From: Trichoplax adhaerens
Taxonomy: Eukaryota > Animalia > Placozoa
Length of the DNA: 64,000 nt
Direction of reading: 5' to 3'
Assembly (NCBI RefSeq): GCF_000150275.1
Contig: NW_002060944.1
Span: forward strand, 7,764,735 to 7,828,734
In this document: one piece after another, positions 24,164 through 36,351 of the stretch
Numbering within the stretch: the first letter of the stretch is position 1
Layout: every line of letters starts with the position of its first letter
Position numbers and translations under genes: made by a program
Notes under the pieces: model-generated
What the model was told of the DNA's origin: nothing
The model's database searches: none
Seen by the model: the letters and a program-made list of their open reading frames with translations, nothing else

Positions 24164-24879
24164 ATGCCGAAAGTTGTTATCCGAGAACATGAAATGTATT
24201 ACCAGGATAAGGGGAAAGCATCTTCTCACACACTTTTATGTGGGATCATAAGATGTGGGCCTCACAAATTGAAGAACTATCCAAAAACTATCGATGTATC
24301 AATATTGATTTATGAGGCCACGTAGAAAGTGATGCTCGACCTGAAACACAAATTTCTCTAGATCAACTTGCTGAAGATACGTGGCAACTTATAGAGATAT
24401 TGGATCTTAAAAAATTGGCCTTTATCCGATGATCCATCGGCGGTATGCTAGGAATAGCACTCGCTTTAAATCATTTAGAAAAGTTTCAGTCTTGAACAGT
24501 CATGAACTCGTACGTTGGTGCAGAGCCAGCCAGGACTCAACAGGAATACTTAGCTTTACTATCTAAAATTGGCAAGCTTGGTTTTTTCGCATCCGAATTA
24601 AGAGAGAGGTTATCACCCTACTTTTTTAGCCCTAAGACGTACAAATCTTGTACTCAACTTATTCACTCTTTTAAAGAATCATTAGATGCTATCGCCCCAG
24701 AGAAAATTGATACCATAGTAGCCGTAGGAAAAGGCTTCTTTACATGTCGTTGTTTGTTATCAAATCTAAATTCAATGAAAGTACCAATCCAATATGGAGT
24801 TGGTGCTGACGACGGTCCACGTCCTCCAAAAGAATCTCAAGAAATGGCTTCTTTAAATCCGATGTATAATTCTCAATAA
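24164..24879 (+). pseudogene. Decayed intronless bacterial-type alpha/beta hydrolase (3-oxoadipate enol-lactonase/MenH-like)
   Basis: MPKVVIREHEMYYQDKGK, then a frameshift near 24218, then IFSHTFMWDHKMWASQIEELSKNYRCINIDL*GHVESD..SLDQLAEDTWQLIEILDLKKLAFIR*SIGGMLG..FQS*TVMNSYVGAEP..PYFFS..VGADDGPRPPKESQEM. TGA stops at 24313, 24430 and 24493; the catalytic His segment is missing. Confidence 0.85.
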
Positions 24880-25269
24880 TATACAGTCTAGCTATGCAAC
24901 ATTGCAAGTATGAATTGGCTGATTTTTCACCAAAGTAAAGTCTGGGTTTAATACGTAGCTTAGTCTGGTGCTTTACAGCTTCAGTTACCGTGTTCTCCTA
25001 ATGGACTCGCTATACGCTTATCGGCATATTCAATATTGTACGGTACATAGTAATACTATAGGCAACGTTGACAAATCCATGTACGAATGTGAACAAATTA
25101 TGCTAGAATTGCTGCAAGTCTAATTCAAGCAGAGGCTTTTTCAACTTACTGCTATATACCTGTTTTTTATTCCAACAAGTAAAACCAAATTGGGACGATG
25201 CATTTTTATGCAAGTCCAATATTAATCCCTATTCCCTGCAACTAACTCAGAATATTATCGATGTCTTCA

Positions 25270-26430
25270 AATTTACATCTACTGTACTGTACTGTAATGG
25301 AGCAGTGCTATACTGTACAGTATGCACTGTGAGTGTAGATGATCAAAGTGTACAGTACAGTACTTCCCGCATTGATTACAAGATTACCAAAAGGTAATTT
25401 ATAATTCAGCGCCTAGGGGACTCAACTCTATTTCAATTTGTGCAAAAGGATCCGCAATATTGCACCATTGATCTGATGCTAAAAAGGTAGATATCAGGTA
25501 CTTTGCTTATGATTTAATCGATCACACACATACACTAGACAATGTTTGCATTATTTTAGTCCCTGATTTTATTATATTATCAATAGGGAAGTGCATTTGG
25601 ATGGTAGATAATGATAAGGGCAAATAATATAATTATTATAATCTAATTACAGTATTGAAAAAAATATTGATACCCTCACTAGCAGTGACAGCTCGTTTCA
25701 AGCATTATTAGTGTGGACTTGAAGAGAAAGAGCACCTGTGGATGAGGGCTTGTAGCACACTATGAGGAATAGTATTATTAACATTCTATGACTTTGTACA
25801 GTATAAGATGCTACATTGATAGCGTGTAATATAAACTCTACAGTATTATGGTGTACAACATCATGCTGTTGCAATAAATAGAAATGATGGAAAAGTAATT
25901 TAGTTGTCTGTGGACTAGCTTGTCAAGGTCCGTGCACGTACAGTACTGTACTGTACGTGCAATGAAGAACGAAAGATGATTTCGCGGGAAAACGTACTGA
26001 GCAAACAAATAAAAGTCAATAAAGGCTTGTACAGTGTACAGTGTACAGTACTGTACAGTGAAGCAAAAGAGAAGTCTAAAAATGCCGTCGACAGTGTACA
26101 GTACAGTACTGTAAAATACAGGAAAAAGCACTGTACTGTACACAGTACTAGACATGCCAAACAAAGCACACTTGACTCGTGGTACAGTACAATACTGTAC
26201 GGTAGGTAGATAAAAAGAGAAAAAAGTTTTTCCTTTCTTTTTACTGTAACCGTACAGTACAGCAAGCCTCCAACTACCGTACCTGTACTGTACTCTACAG
26301 TACTATGTCTGTGTCCTGCTTACTGTGCTGTTCCGTACTCAAGTCTAGTGCTTACAGCCATGTCTGTGACAGTGTGACTACAGTACTGCAAATGAATGTA
26401 CATTGTTTGAAATCTAGTGACGTCACAAGT
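25270..26430. promoter_or_regulatory. Largest TACWGTA array plus a CRE palindrome; putative BAZ2 promoter
   Basis: Many GTACA/GTACT units at 25280-25365 and 25930-26390, GTGACGTCAC at 26417-26426, then a plausible 5'UTR donor AAG|GTATGA near 26506. Confidence 0.55.
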
Positions 26431-28376
26431 ACCACATGCGCCGCCAAGTTTTTTTCTCTTGTCCTTTCAGTAATCGAACTAATTTTCACAAATAAGGCCT
26501 TTAAGGTATGAATATTTTATCTTGATTTCGACTCAGTAATAATGATTCTAAAGTTAATACCGTAACTGGCCGTAAGTAGAAAAACATCACTTACGCTACT
26601 GGTATCGTCTCATTCTAACGCCATCACCCGTTACCAGAAGTGGTTAGAGTTGGTGGTGGTCAATGCAAAATATCATTTCCACAATTTAAAGCTCTTTTTT
26701 TCATTCATTCTCAAAGTCCATTTCATATTGCCAGGTCTCCAATCAATTTAGAAGAACGTTGCCCAGTTAGTATACAACAACAACAAGATTTCAAAGGAGA
26801 AAAAAATCAAACATTAGACATTTTCCTATCAATTTTAATTTCTCAATCAGACTCCCGTATCAGTCTTTGACCGGGTATATAGCTTTCACATCATACAAAA
26901 GAAGTCAGCATCGCTCTTGGCGTCATCTGCTTGATCTCTCAACCTGTTTCGAAAGGCAAGTTTTGCAGATTGATTAGTTCTTGACGCTGTGTTTAGGTAC
27001 ATTCATTAATTCTAGCCTTCGTTTTGATTAAAATGTGGATACCGGTTAATTCATTGCTCGTATACTAATGGTTAAAATTCAATTTTGTTCGTAACGAGTT
27101 TGCCGTTTTTTTCTTCAACTCGTCACTGTGGTAGAATATGCCGCCGTGTTGTTTTTTTCAATCGTGCCTATAGTGTTGTCTTTCTAAATCTCTGGCTAGT
27201 CATAACTGTGTTCTGATTGCTGACGAAAATTGACCCCAATGTAAGATTGTACCAAGAGATGAAGTTAAAATGACGAGGGTCCAACGTGTTGACTACATAC
27301 TGCTTGTTTGTTGCTTTTACTACTTACTGTACAGTATATCGCATCTTCCACTACGCCGACTACGGCAATCACTTCATTGATATTGCTTGCAAATTGAACT
27401 TGACTTTCAACAAAATCCTATCATTTTACGCTAGCTGATTCATTATTGGATCCTAATCCTTATGGTTGCACAGAACTTTGAATGAGATTCGTGGAGTAAG
27501 CTGCAGAATTTTCGCTGCTCTTGCAAATATGAAATGAAAATGTGTAGTTGTGTACTGCTATAGCACTTTATTGCATAAGCGGCTCCTGAAAAAAAAAGTG
27601 ATGCTTTTTAATCTAATAATAATTAGCCAAGGCGTTGTGAAGGTTAAGCGCTATGAAGCGTCGCATCAACCTACCCGTTGATGCATCACTGCTCTTGTAA
27701 ATAGTACCAATCAGAAATTTCATCAATAAAAAACTCATCGAGTTGTGCTGCAGTTATTTCAATAGTGTAACGCATTGGATCTTTCTGCAGGACTTGTTGG
27801 CATTCATTTTATTTTATTTGAAAAATTAAATAAACGGCTTAAAATTGTTTGTAAAATAACCTAGCAAACGTGATATGCTGCAGTATCCTTTTCCGTTTCT
27901 ACATTTATCGCCGATCAAAGCAAATGAAATTTTTGAGTCTTTCAATCTTGATTGAGATAGTGTGTATTCACTTTCGAAGTACAGTACGTCAATGGCAGTT
28001 TTCGTGATCTACTGACTCCATTGATTTTCGATGTATGATTTTGATTCATTAAGATGTATCATCGATTACAAATCGGTTGTGTTACAAATATGCAAGTGTT
28101 GTAGTGCAATACAGTATCTACGGTAATCCAGCAAATTGAGGACGTCATTTAGAACTACATAAACTGCATTCTCTGACCTGCTCTGACTACAGTATGTAAC
28201 CCTAGCAAAGGGTTATGATTTGAAATCATTGCCCAGTATCTCTTTGCACTTGACTATCTACTTCTGAAGTCAATTTTGAATCTGCTGCTATTGGTATTTT
28301 CTTGGATATTTATAGTTTTCTTGATAAATTTTATTATTTTAACTTTAGGTTATGGTATTGATATAGTTCGATTCTC

Positions 28377-31300
28377 ATGGAATCCAATCAGAAGCATAGT
28401 GCAACCGATCCAGTAACCGGTGGGACAGTTGATGATGCGGCTGCTTCAGGTATTATAACCTTGATAATAAAATATTTATTGCGATCATGCTGGAGCCAAT
28501 TTAGAGGCAGTTTATAGCCTAGGTCAACTTGAGCATGAATAATTAGAGTGTTTATATATTATCTACTCTTCAGTGGATAAGTATGCTGTAGTATCTGTGT
28601 CACACATATGTTGCCTAAATGGAAGAGTGGAGAAGGATGCCACTTTGACTGCTGAATTTGAAAAAAATGGACTCTACCCTAGCATCTTGATGCAATACGT
28701 TATAATTTGTAGCTAGTAGAAATGACATAGTATAGCGAAAAATAGGCCAAGTAATTCTACAAGTTGTTCATCGTTCGCATGGCTACATGATGCTAAATGT
28801 CCTTTTTCATTTAGCGTTATTTTACTTTTACTGCTAACCACCGGCTAGATTGATGAATCTATACCAATTAATCCAGTACCAAAGTAATCTACTCGTACTG
28901 TACCACTATCATGAAAGATTTCTTCCTTGGCCAGTGGTTTTGTTGTTGCTCGATAGGGGCCTACTGACACACTCGACCCTGCTGTATTCTTCTCTTTTGT
29001 TAACGTTGGCAGTCAGCTCACTTCCTTTATTATCGTCCACCACTGTACGTATCAAGTGTCATTCAGCTTGTGATGATGACCGTACTGTACTGTGAAGCGC
29101 ACGCAAACTCCATCGTCCAGTCCAATACTGAGGCTGTAACGTTTTGTACTGTACAGTGCAGACTTGGATGGATGAATCGATCGATCGATACCGTAAGGTG
29201 AAGCGTTGTCTGCCTCACTATCCCCCCCCCCCCCAAAATATCCTCCAATGTTCACAGTAGCCAGGAACGTCACCCTAGTACAGGCTGTCCTGCCTTACGG
29301 TACTGTACCGTTGGAGACGGTTGCAATTTCACCATCAGACGTTTCTACAACCTACACGGCTAATAGAATATTGCGATATGCAGTGTGCCTGTAGCTACGT
29401 ACGGTGCACATAAAATTCCCATTTTATGATCTAGTTGCCCCATAACTGAATTTCCTCTTTACCTTACGGTATTAGCACGTTAAAATAGGGATTATTCCAT
29501 TATTTTACTGAAGGACAGCGTGAGCAAAATACACTAGTTGTATCGTGTTGACGTGCATCTATCCTACAAAGATGAGCAAAATCGATTTGTAATCAAAAAT
29601 GACGTCGGATGTCGTTGGTCTTTCAATCAACGTTTCAATATTAGCACGTTAAATAGGGATAATGCCATTATTTTACTGGAGGACAGTGTGAGCAAAATAC
29701 ACTAGTTGTATCGTGTTGACGTGCATCTATCCTACAAAGATGAGCAAAATACACTAGTTAAATCGTGTTGACGTGCATCTATCCTACTAAGAGGAGCAAA
29801 ATCGATTTGTAATCAAAAATGACGTCGGATATCGTTAGTCTTTCAATCTATGTTTTCAATATTAGCACGTTAAAACATGGATAATTCCATTATTTAAATG
29901 GAGGACAGTGAGAGCAAAATACACTAGTTGTATCGTGTTGACGTGCATCTATCCTACTAAGATGAGCAAAATCGATTTGTAATCAAAAATGACGTCGGAT
30001 GTCGTTGGTCTTTCAATCGATGTTTGAAATATTCCCACGTTAAAATGGAGATAATTCTATTATTCTACTTGCCATCTGTAGGTCTAGTTATCAGCGATCG
30101 ATAGCAAATTAATTCAATTTTTTCTCCTAATCAAAAATTCTGAGACTAGTTTGAATAAGACTAACTTTTAATACGAATACAGTGCACGAACTACTGTAGC
30201 ATCCTTCGTTGGTTCACATTTATTTACTTAAAACAGGACCAGCTTAATTGCTCTCTTGATTTATCTACTTACCTCTATGTCATATAATAAATTGCCTGTG
30301 TAGAAAATCGATGAGCGGCCATATAGTCTTGTACACACCAACCTCTCATTGCTTTCTTCGTGTTTAAATATATCAATTCCATTCGCTAGCTGTTGGTACT
30401 TATAGGAATCGACAATTTTGCGTCTAAAAGTACGTCGTAATACAGTATTATAAGCTGTTACCATGTCGCCTACAGGTAATAGCTTAAAAGTAATACGATA
30501 TAGGTCCTTAGTATATTTTCGATTGAACTATGTACCTACTGTATACATGTATTTTTACACTTGGATAAATTAACGATTAGTCAAAAAGTTACTTACTTGA
30601 TTTATATATGTAGATTTACTCTTCGCCCTGATTATGTTGAGATAATTTATGATACCAACAACAGTATTACAAGATAGAAGGTTTTAGGATACCAGAGGGA
30701 TTACACTTGAGTAGTAATAGTCATGATATTGGGTTTGTTTGTGTGGCTCTCATTTTATTTTTATTTTCATTATCCATCTTATCACTGTTACATATGCAAA
30801 CTGTACAGCAGGGTGATAATGATGATGTTTCATTGTAGACTGATATCTTTATGTGCATGATAAAAGCTTTTGTACACTACTGCGCTCGTCAATCATATTA
30901 TAGTTAAGAGCTGGTATTTCCTATTCGTGATAAATGACGACGTCTTATTGCTTGAATTCTGAAGTCTAGTTTATCTGGATTGAATTGATTGGAGCTAAAA
31001 TTACTGGGAATATTCTCGAGATAAGAATAGATTTTATTTATCGGTTAGCAGATCAATCGAAAAAAAGAGAGAAAATGTTTCCATAGCTCTGCCAATGCAC
31101 CACATTGTACTATGATAATAGCACGATTATTATGGATAGTTTCTCATTTTTATCCGATTTTTAACCGGGATATTGTACTGTACGTATATACTGACTGCAC
31201 TTACGGAATACCACGATACAATGGAAAGTGATTAGAAACGTCATATGAGTGTAAATTCAAAGATACTGTTACGTTTTCAGTGAGAACTCATTCTTATGTC

Positions 31301-34300
31301 GCTACTCTACCTGAATTTTATTACTACAGTATGTGATTAAATAATATTCATGATTAACTTTGGCTATCCCCAAATTTAACCAACATGAAACGTGGTATAG
31401 CGTGGTATTTTTTGGCCTTTACAATTATGTATTGGTAATGTCATTAGTATACTCTTTTTAACAATTATGATGGCTAGTAACATTGTACTATGCCATGTCC
31501 TGATGCAGTGTATAGTATACCTCAGTTCATCCATCTTGCTGATCATATAAAGTGCTGTAGACTACCTGCATATGTTTGGTTTTCCTTATAGAAGATGTGA
31601 CTTGTACTGTATTTTCAGTGCTAACCAAATTAGTTCTATTTACTACGAAAATTTGCTTACATAAGCTACTATAACAACTTTGTGACTCTATCTTTACTGA
31701 TATGATGTCTTCTCTTTATTATGTACAGTACAATATAATAATACCGAACTGTACAGTACTCTATTTATTTGATCTGTATGCTTATTGAAGTATTTACGTT
31801 GTCCATTTTATACTTACGTCATGGGTACATGGCTATATATTCTTGATTGTGAATTTGCGCTATATAATATTACTGTACTGTACACTTTACAGCTCCAAAC
31901 ATCGAGTAGAAACGCGTTATCGGTTATTTTAAGATTTACTGCACTTACGATGTGACAGTAGACACTAGAAATATCCAGTAGTCTATTCCACGGTATAAAG
32001 ATTATTGTTTCATTCATTAGTGCTGACTTGGTAGGCTGTAAGCATTGCTAATTTTTAAATATGTAAAGATACTGCACTGCTAGTCTTTGACGTTTTATCT
32101 AACTGGTAGTCAATAAAATTATAATAACTTTCATTTACGAAGGATGACATCCACGGCACATGGAGGTAGATTATAGCCTATTTTAGATTGCTGTACTGTA
32201 TCGTGCGAGCATCAATAATAAAAATAGTGCATTATTATTATTATTAAATCCCAATTGTGCTACATTATTCACTTTGCCGTTGTAATAAATACCTTCGTCC
32301 AGGTGTGATTGTTGATCTAGGGCAACATTGAGATGTTTACGTTACTATTTTTATTGGATAAAGTTTATGATAGTTCTTATCCTTCCTTTAATTACAATTA
32401 ACAGTATGCTTATATACTATTTATAATATACTATCGACAATCACATTAATTATTACGTATTAACTGTAAACTCGTATGCATTCTTTTTGCCTGCAGGAGT
32501 ACATCCAATTCGCAATGTATCATTATCACACGTTTCAAGTACAAATTCAGATTGGTTGCCTTCAGCTGATGACTCTCAAAATTGTTCCGATGCTGGTGTG
32601 TCTTCTTTTCCTAACACAGATATGCATAGTTCTGCTTTTCCATCTGAAACTTTAAATGGTAATGCATTATCAGAAAAGTATCGTTCTTCGTCTAAGACAG
32701 CGAATACATTAGAAGAAGTTCGTTTACCTTCTAATGTGGATAAAATAAATAGCAAAGAGAAATTAGTAGGTGATGAAGGTACAGGTCTTAATCAAGCTAT
32801 ATCTAGTGCAAGCGACAGTGTTGAAGTTAATACATTAAAATCGCAGAAGAATATTGCAAACGGTAAAGGTGTACGACCTGCTGCTAAACGAACTGTAGAT
32901 CAGTCGGATGCTAATAGTAGATCGAAACAGCCTCCAGCCAAAAAATCGAAATCCGAAGTGGTACCACGACAACAAGTCCGTCCACGTATAATAACACGCT
33001 TACCAAATATGAAATATAAGAAGAAAAAGATGGAATCAAGTGAGGAAAGTTCCAGTGACAATGAATCGAGTGATGATACTGGCGATAGTGATAATAGTGA
33101 AGAAGATGATGATGACAATGAAAAAGAAGGTGTAGAAGACGAAATTGAAGAAGAAGAAGATAATGATGATGATGAGGAAGAAGAGGATGATGAGGATGAT
33201 AATGAAGTAGAAGAAGAGAAAGAAGATAATGATGAACAGACGACGGAAGATGATGAAGAAGAAGAAGACGTAGAAGTAGATGATGATGGTGTGGAGATGG
33301 AAGATGAAGAAAATGACGTTGACAGTCAAGATCGTGAAGATGAAAATGAGGAAGGCGACGATGATGAAAATGATGAGGATGAAGAGGAAGAAAGTTCTGA
33401 CTCGGAAAGTGAAAGTGAGGAAGAAAGTAGTGATGACGACGATACTTCATCAAGTAGTAGTGATGATAGTGAGGAAGATGGTAGCAGTAGTAGTTCAACA
33501 ACGACATCAACGTCATCCTCTTCATCGGATTCCGATGGCAGTGATGAAACAACATCAAGTAGTGATAGTGATTCATCTTCTACTAGTGATGAGGAGGAGT
33601 TGCCACCTGTTAGATCCCGTGGTAGAGGTAAATACAAAGCTAGGGGTCGGCGTGGTCGGGGTAATATGAATTTCTCGCGTACAGGTAGAAGGATTAACGG
33701 TGTAAGGAAACTGAAAGGGCCTTCAAAGCGTAAGTTGATTTTGTCTTGTATGTTATGAACGATACTTTCGATTTATTTGATATTCGCTATTTTTTTTTAA
33801 TAAAGTTATGGTCTATCAAATTATTGACAGGAATCTCAAGTGTGTTTTTATTTCTGGTTTATGTTACTATAGCGACTCCACGTAAGCGCTTACAGAGTGT
33901 TGATGAAGATGACATCCAACTACCATTGGATCAAGGGTACTTGAAATACGTTAATGTTTGTTCGATATATGCACATGATTGACTAGCTTACGTTTAAGAT
34001 AAAATTTCATCATATTTATAGATGGCGTCGTCAAACCAGGTTACGTCGGGTTGGTAGAAATTTAAGAGGAGACGTTTACTATTTTGCACCTTGTGGCAAA
34101 AAGCTTCGTATATATCCAGATGTCACAAAGGTAGCAATTTATAATACTATATACGATTTCTTGATCACTCCATCTGGCATCTATATAATATCACTACTGT
34201 ATTATATTATAGAGCTATAATTATTAATAAAAAACATCACTGTTGACTTAGAAGATAATATAACCTTTTTCTATGCTTCTATATAGTATTTAAGAAAAAA

Positions 34301-36247
34301 TAGCATCTCTGATTTAAATCTGGAGAACTTTAGTTTCAGTACTAAACTATACATTGGAGACTTTCAAATATATAATGAGGTAAGTCATATATAAGGTGTT
34401 AAAATCTTCTTTCTGGATTTATTGTCAGTTTATTTTATCAACGATAAAAAGTAACAACCTTAACATTGGTGATATACTAATTCTTTAGGATAGTGGTACC
34501 TTTGAACCTATGGATGAAGATGAACTACATCGGCGCAGGCAAGAGGCATCAACTAAGAAGAATCAAAAATTAGAAAAACTTCGAAAAAGAGATGAAAGAA
34601 AAAGATTAGCTGCAGGTTTGTAGATATAGATGTAGCCCTGATTTACCAGAACTTTACATTGCCATGTACATATTTATTAGGTTATATCGAATTACAACTT
34701 TGTTAGGTCTATAAATAACTTCGGAGAATGATAACACTGAAAATGAAATTGTATTTTATTGTGTTTGTTTAGAAAAGGCGAAAAAGATGCAGGAGGCTAA
34801 ATTGCAACGAAAAATGGAGAAACAAAGAGCAGCAGCTGATAAACGAGAAGAGAAGAAAGAAAGGGGTAAAATTGAAAACAGACTGGTATTAAGTGTTGAG
34901 GCACGTAACTTAAAAAAGTTGTTCATCTTTCCTAATGTAATGCAAAATTGATCTTTTTTAAAATAAGCAATAAAAGCTGCTATGGAAAGGAAAGCTGCAC
35001 GTGACCAGGCAAAGATGGAAAAGTTACGTGAAAAAATGGCAAGACACGAAAAGATTAAACAAGAAAAAAAGAAAAAAAAAGAAGCGCTGATTCAAGCTCG
35101 GAATAAGAAAAAAGAAGATGCGGAGAAGAAAAGATATCAAGAGGCGTTGCAGCGGCAAAAAGAAAGAGAACTAAAGAAGCAACAGGCTAAAATTCTTAAA
35201 ACTAAGGAAAAAGAAAGACGAAAGCAGCAAATGTTATTAGTCAGATCATTAGAAATACAAAGAAAAGCGGAAGAAAGAAATCGTGTTAAGGAAGAAAAGA
35301 AATTACGGAAGCGATTAGTTAAAGAAAGAAAGCAAGAACAAAAACGGTTAGAAATGGCGGTGTTAAGAGATTTAAAAATGCCAGCTGAAGATATGAAGCT
35401 ATCTCATGATCACGATATTCCAAGCTTGAAAACTGTTCCTGGATTATTGAGTGGGAATTGTTTTGCGGACATGTTATTAGTTATTCAATTTATCCAAACA
35501 TTTGCTGAACCATTACAATTGGATTCGGATGATTTTACTTCATTACGTGACCTTCAAGAATCAATTCTTTGTAGATCAGATCCTGATGAAGATGTCTATA
35601 CATATCTATGCCAACAGCTATTTTATAATGCTCTTAAAGATCCTGGTTGTACGGGTCCGCAATCTTATACTGCTTTAGGTACACCGTTAATATCAGTAGA
35701 GATTACTAATTCTAATGTATCGGAGTTGTTGCGTCGTTATATGTGGTCAAAGCTTAGTAAAGAACATGAGCTTGTAAAAACGTTGGAAGTTACACCTCTG
35801 CAGGCACTATCAGCATCCGATAAGTTAAAAATTTTAGTTTTTCTCGTGAATGAGTTATTATGCAGCAAGCTTATTTGTAAAGAAATTGAAAGTAACATGG
35901 AAGAAATATCAAATTTAAGAAGAGATAAATGGATAATTGAAGGGAAAGCGAGAAAGTTACGTGCTGTACATGCTAAACGATTTCCTGCAGTTAACAGCAA
36001 ATCTACAGAAGCTAAAACTCGTGGAAACAGCCAATTAAACTCTTCTAGAGATGAAAGTGGCTCAGAGGGTAGCAATATGGATGTCGAAGTTGATGTAAAC
36101 GTCGGAAGTGAGAAGAAAGTACAAAAAGGAAAAGCACGAAACGGCAAGGAAGGAGAGGATGTAGAAGAAGAAGAAGAAGAAGAAGAAGAAGAAGAAGAGG
36201 AGGAAGAAGAAGAAGAAGAAGAAGAAGAAGAAGAAGAAGAAGAAGAA

Positions 36248-36294
<47 letters not shown>

Positions 36295-36304
36295 AGAAGA
36301 AGAA

Positions 36305-36351
<47 letters not shown>

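Noticed and set aside
25838-26265. Overlapping ORFs rich in YSTV/TVLY/VQYC (similar ones at 5323, 8263, 47503-48294, 58203)
   Set aside because: Translation artefacts of the TACWGTA arrays, which contain few stop codons.
29471-30068. Repeat array considered as CRISPR-like
   Set aside because: Long contiguous units with no unique spacers, no cas genes and a eukaryotic intronic context.
32900-33669. Antisense and alternative-frame ORFs rich in His, Ser, Phe or Met
   Set aside because: Shadows of the low-complexity Asp/Glu/Ser exon of BAZ2.
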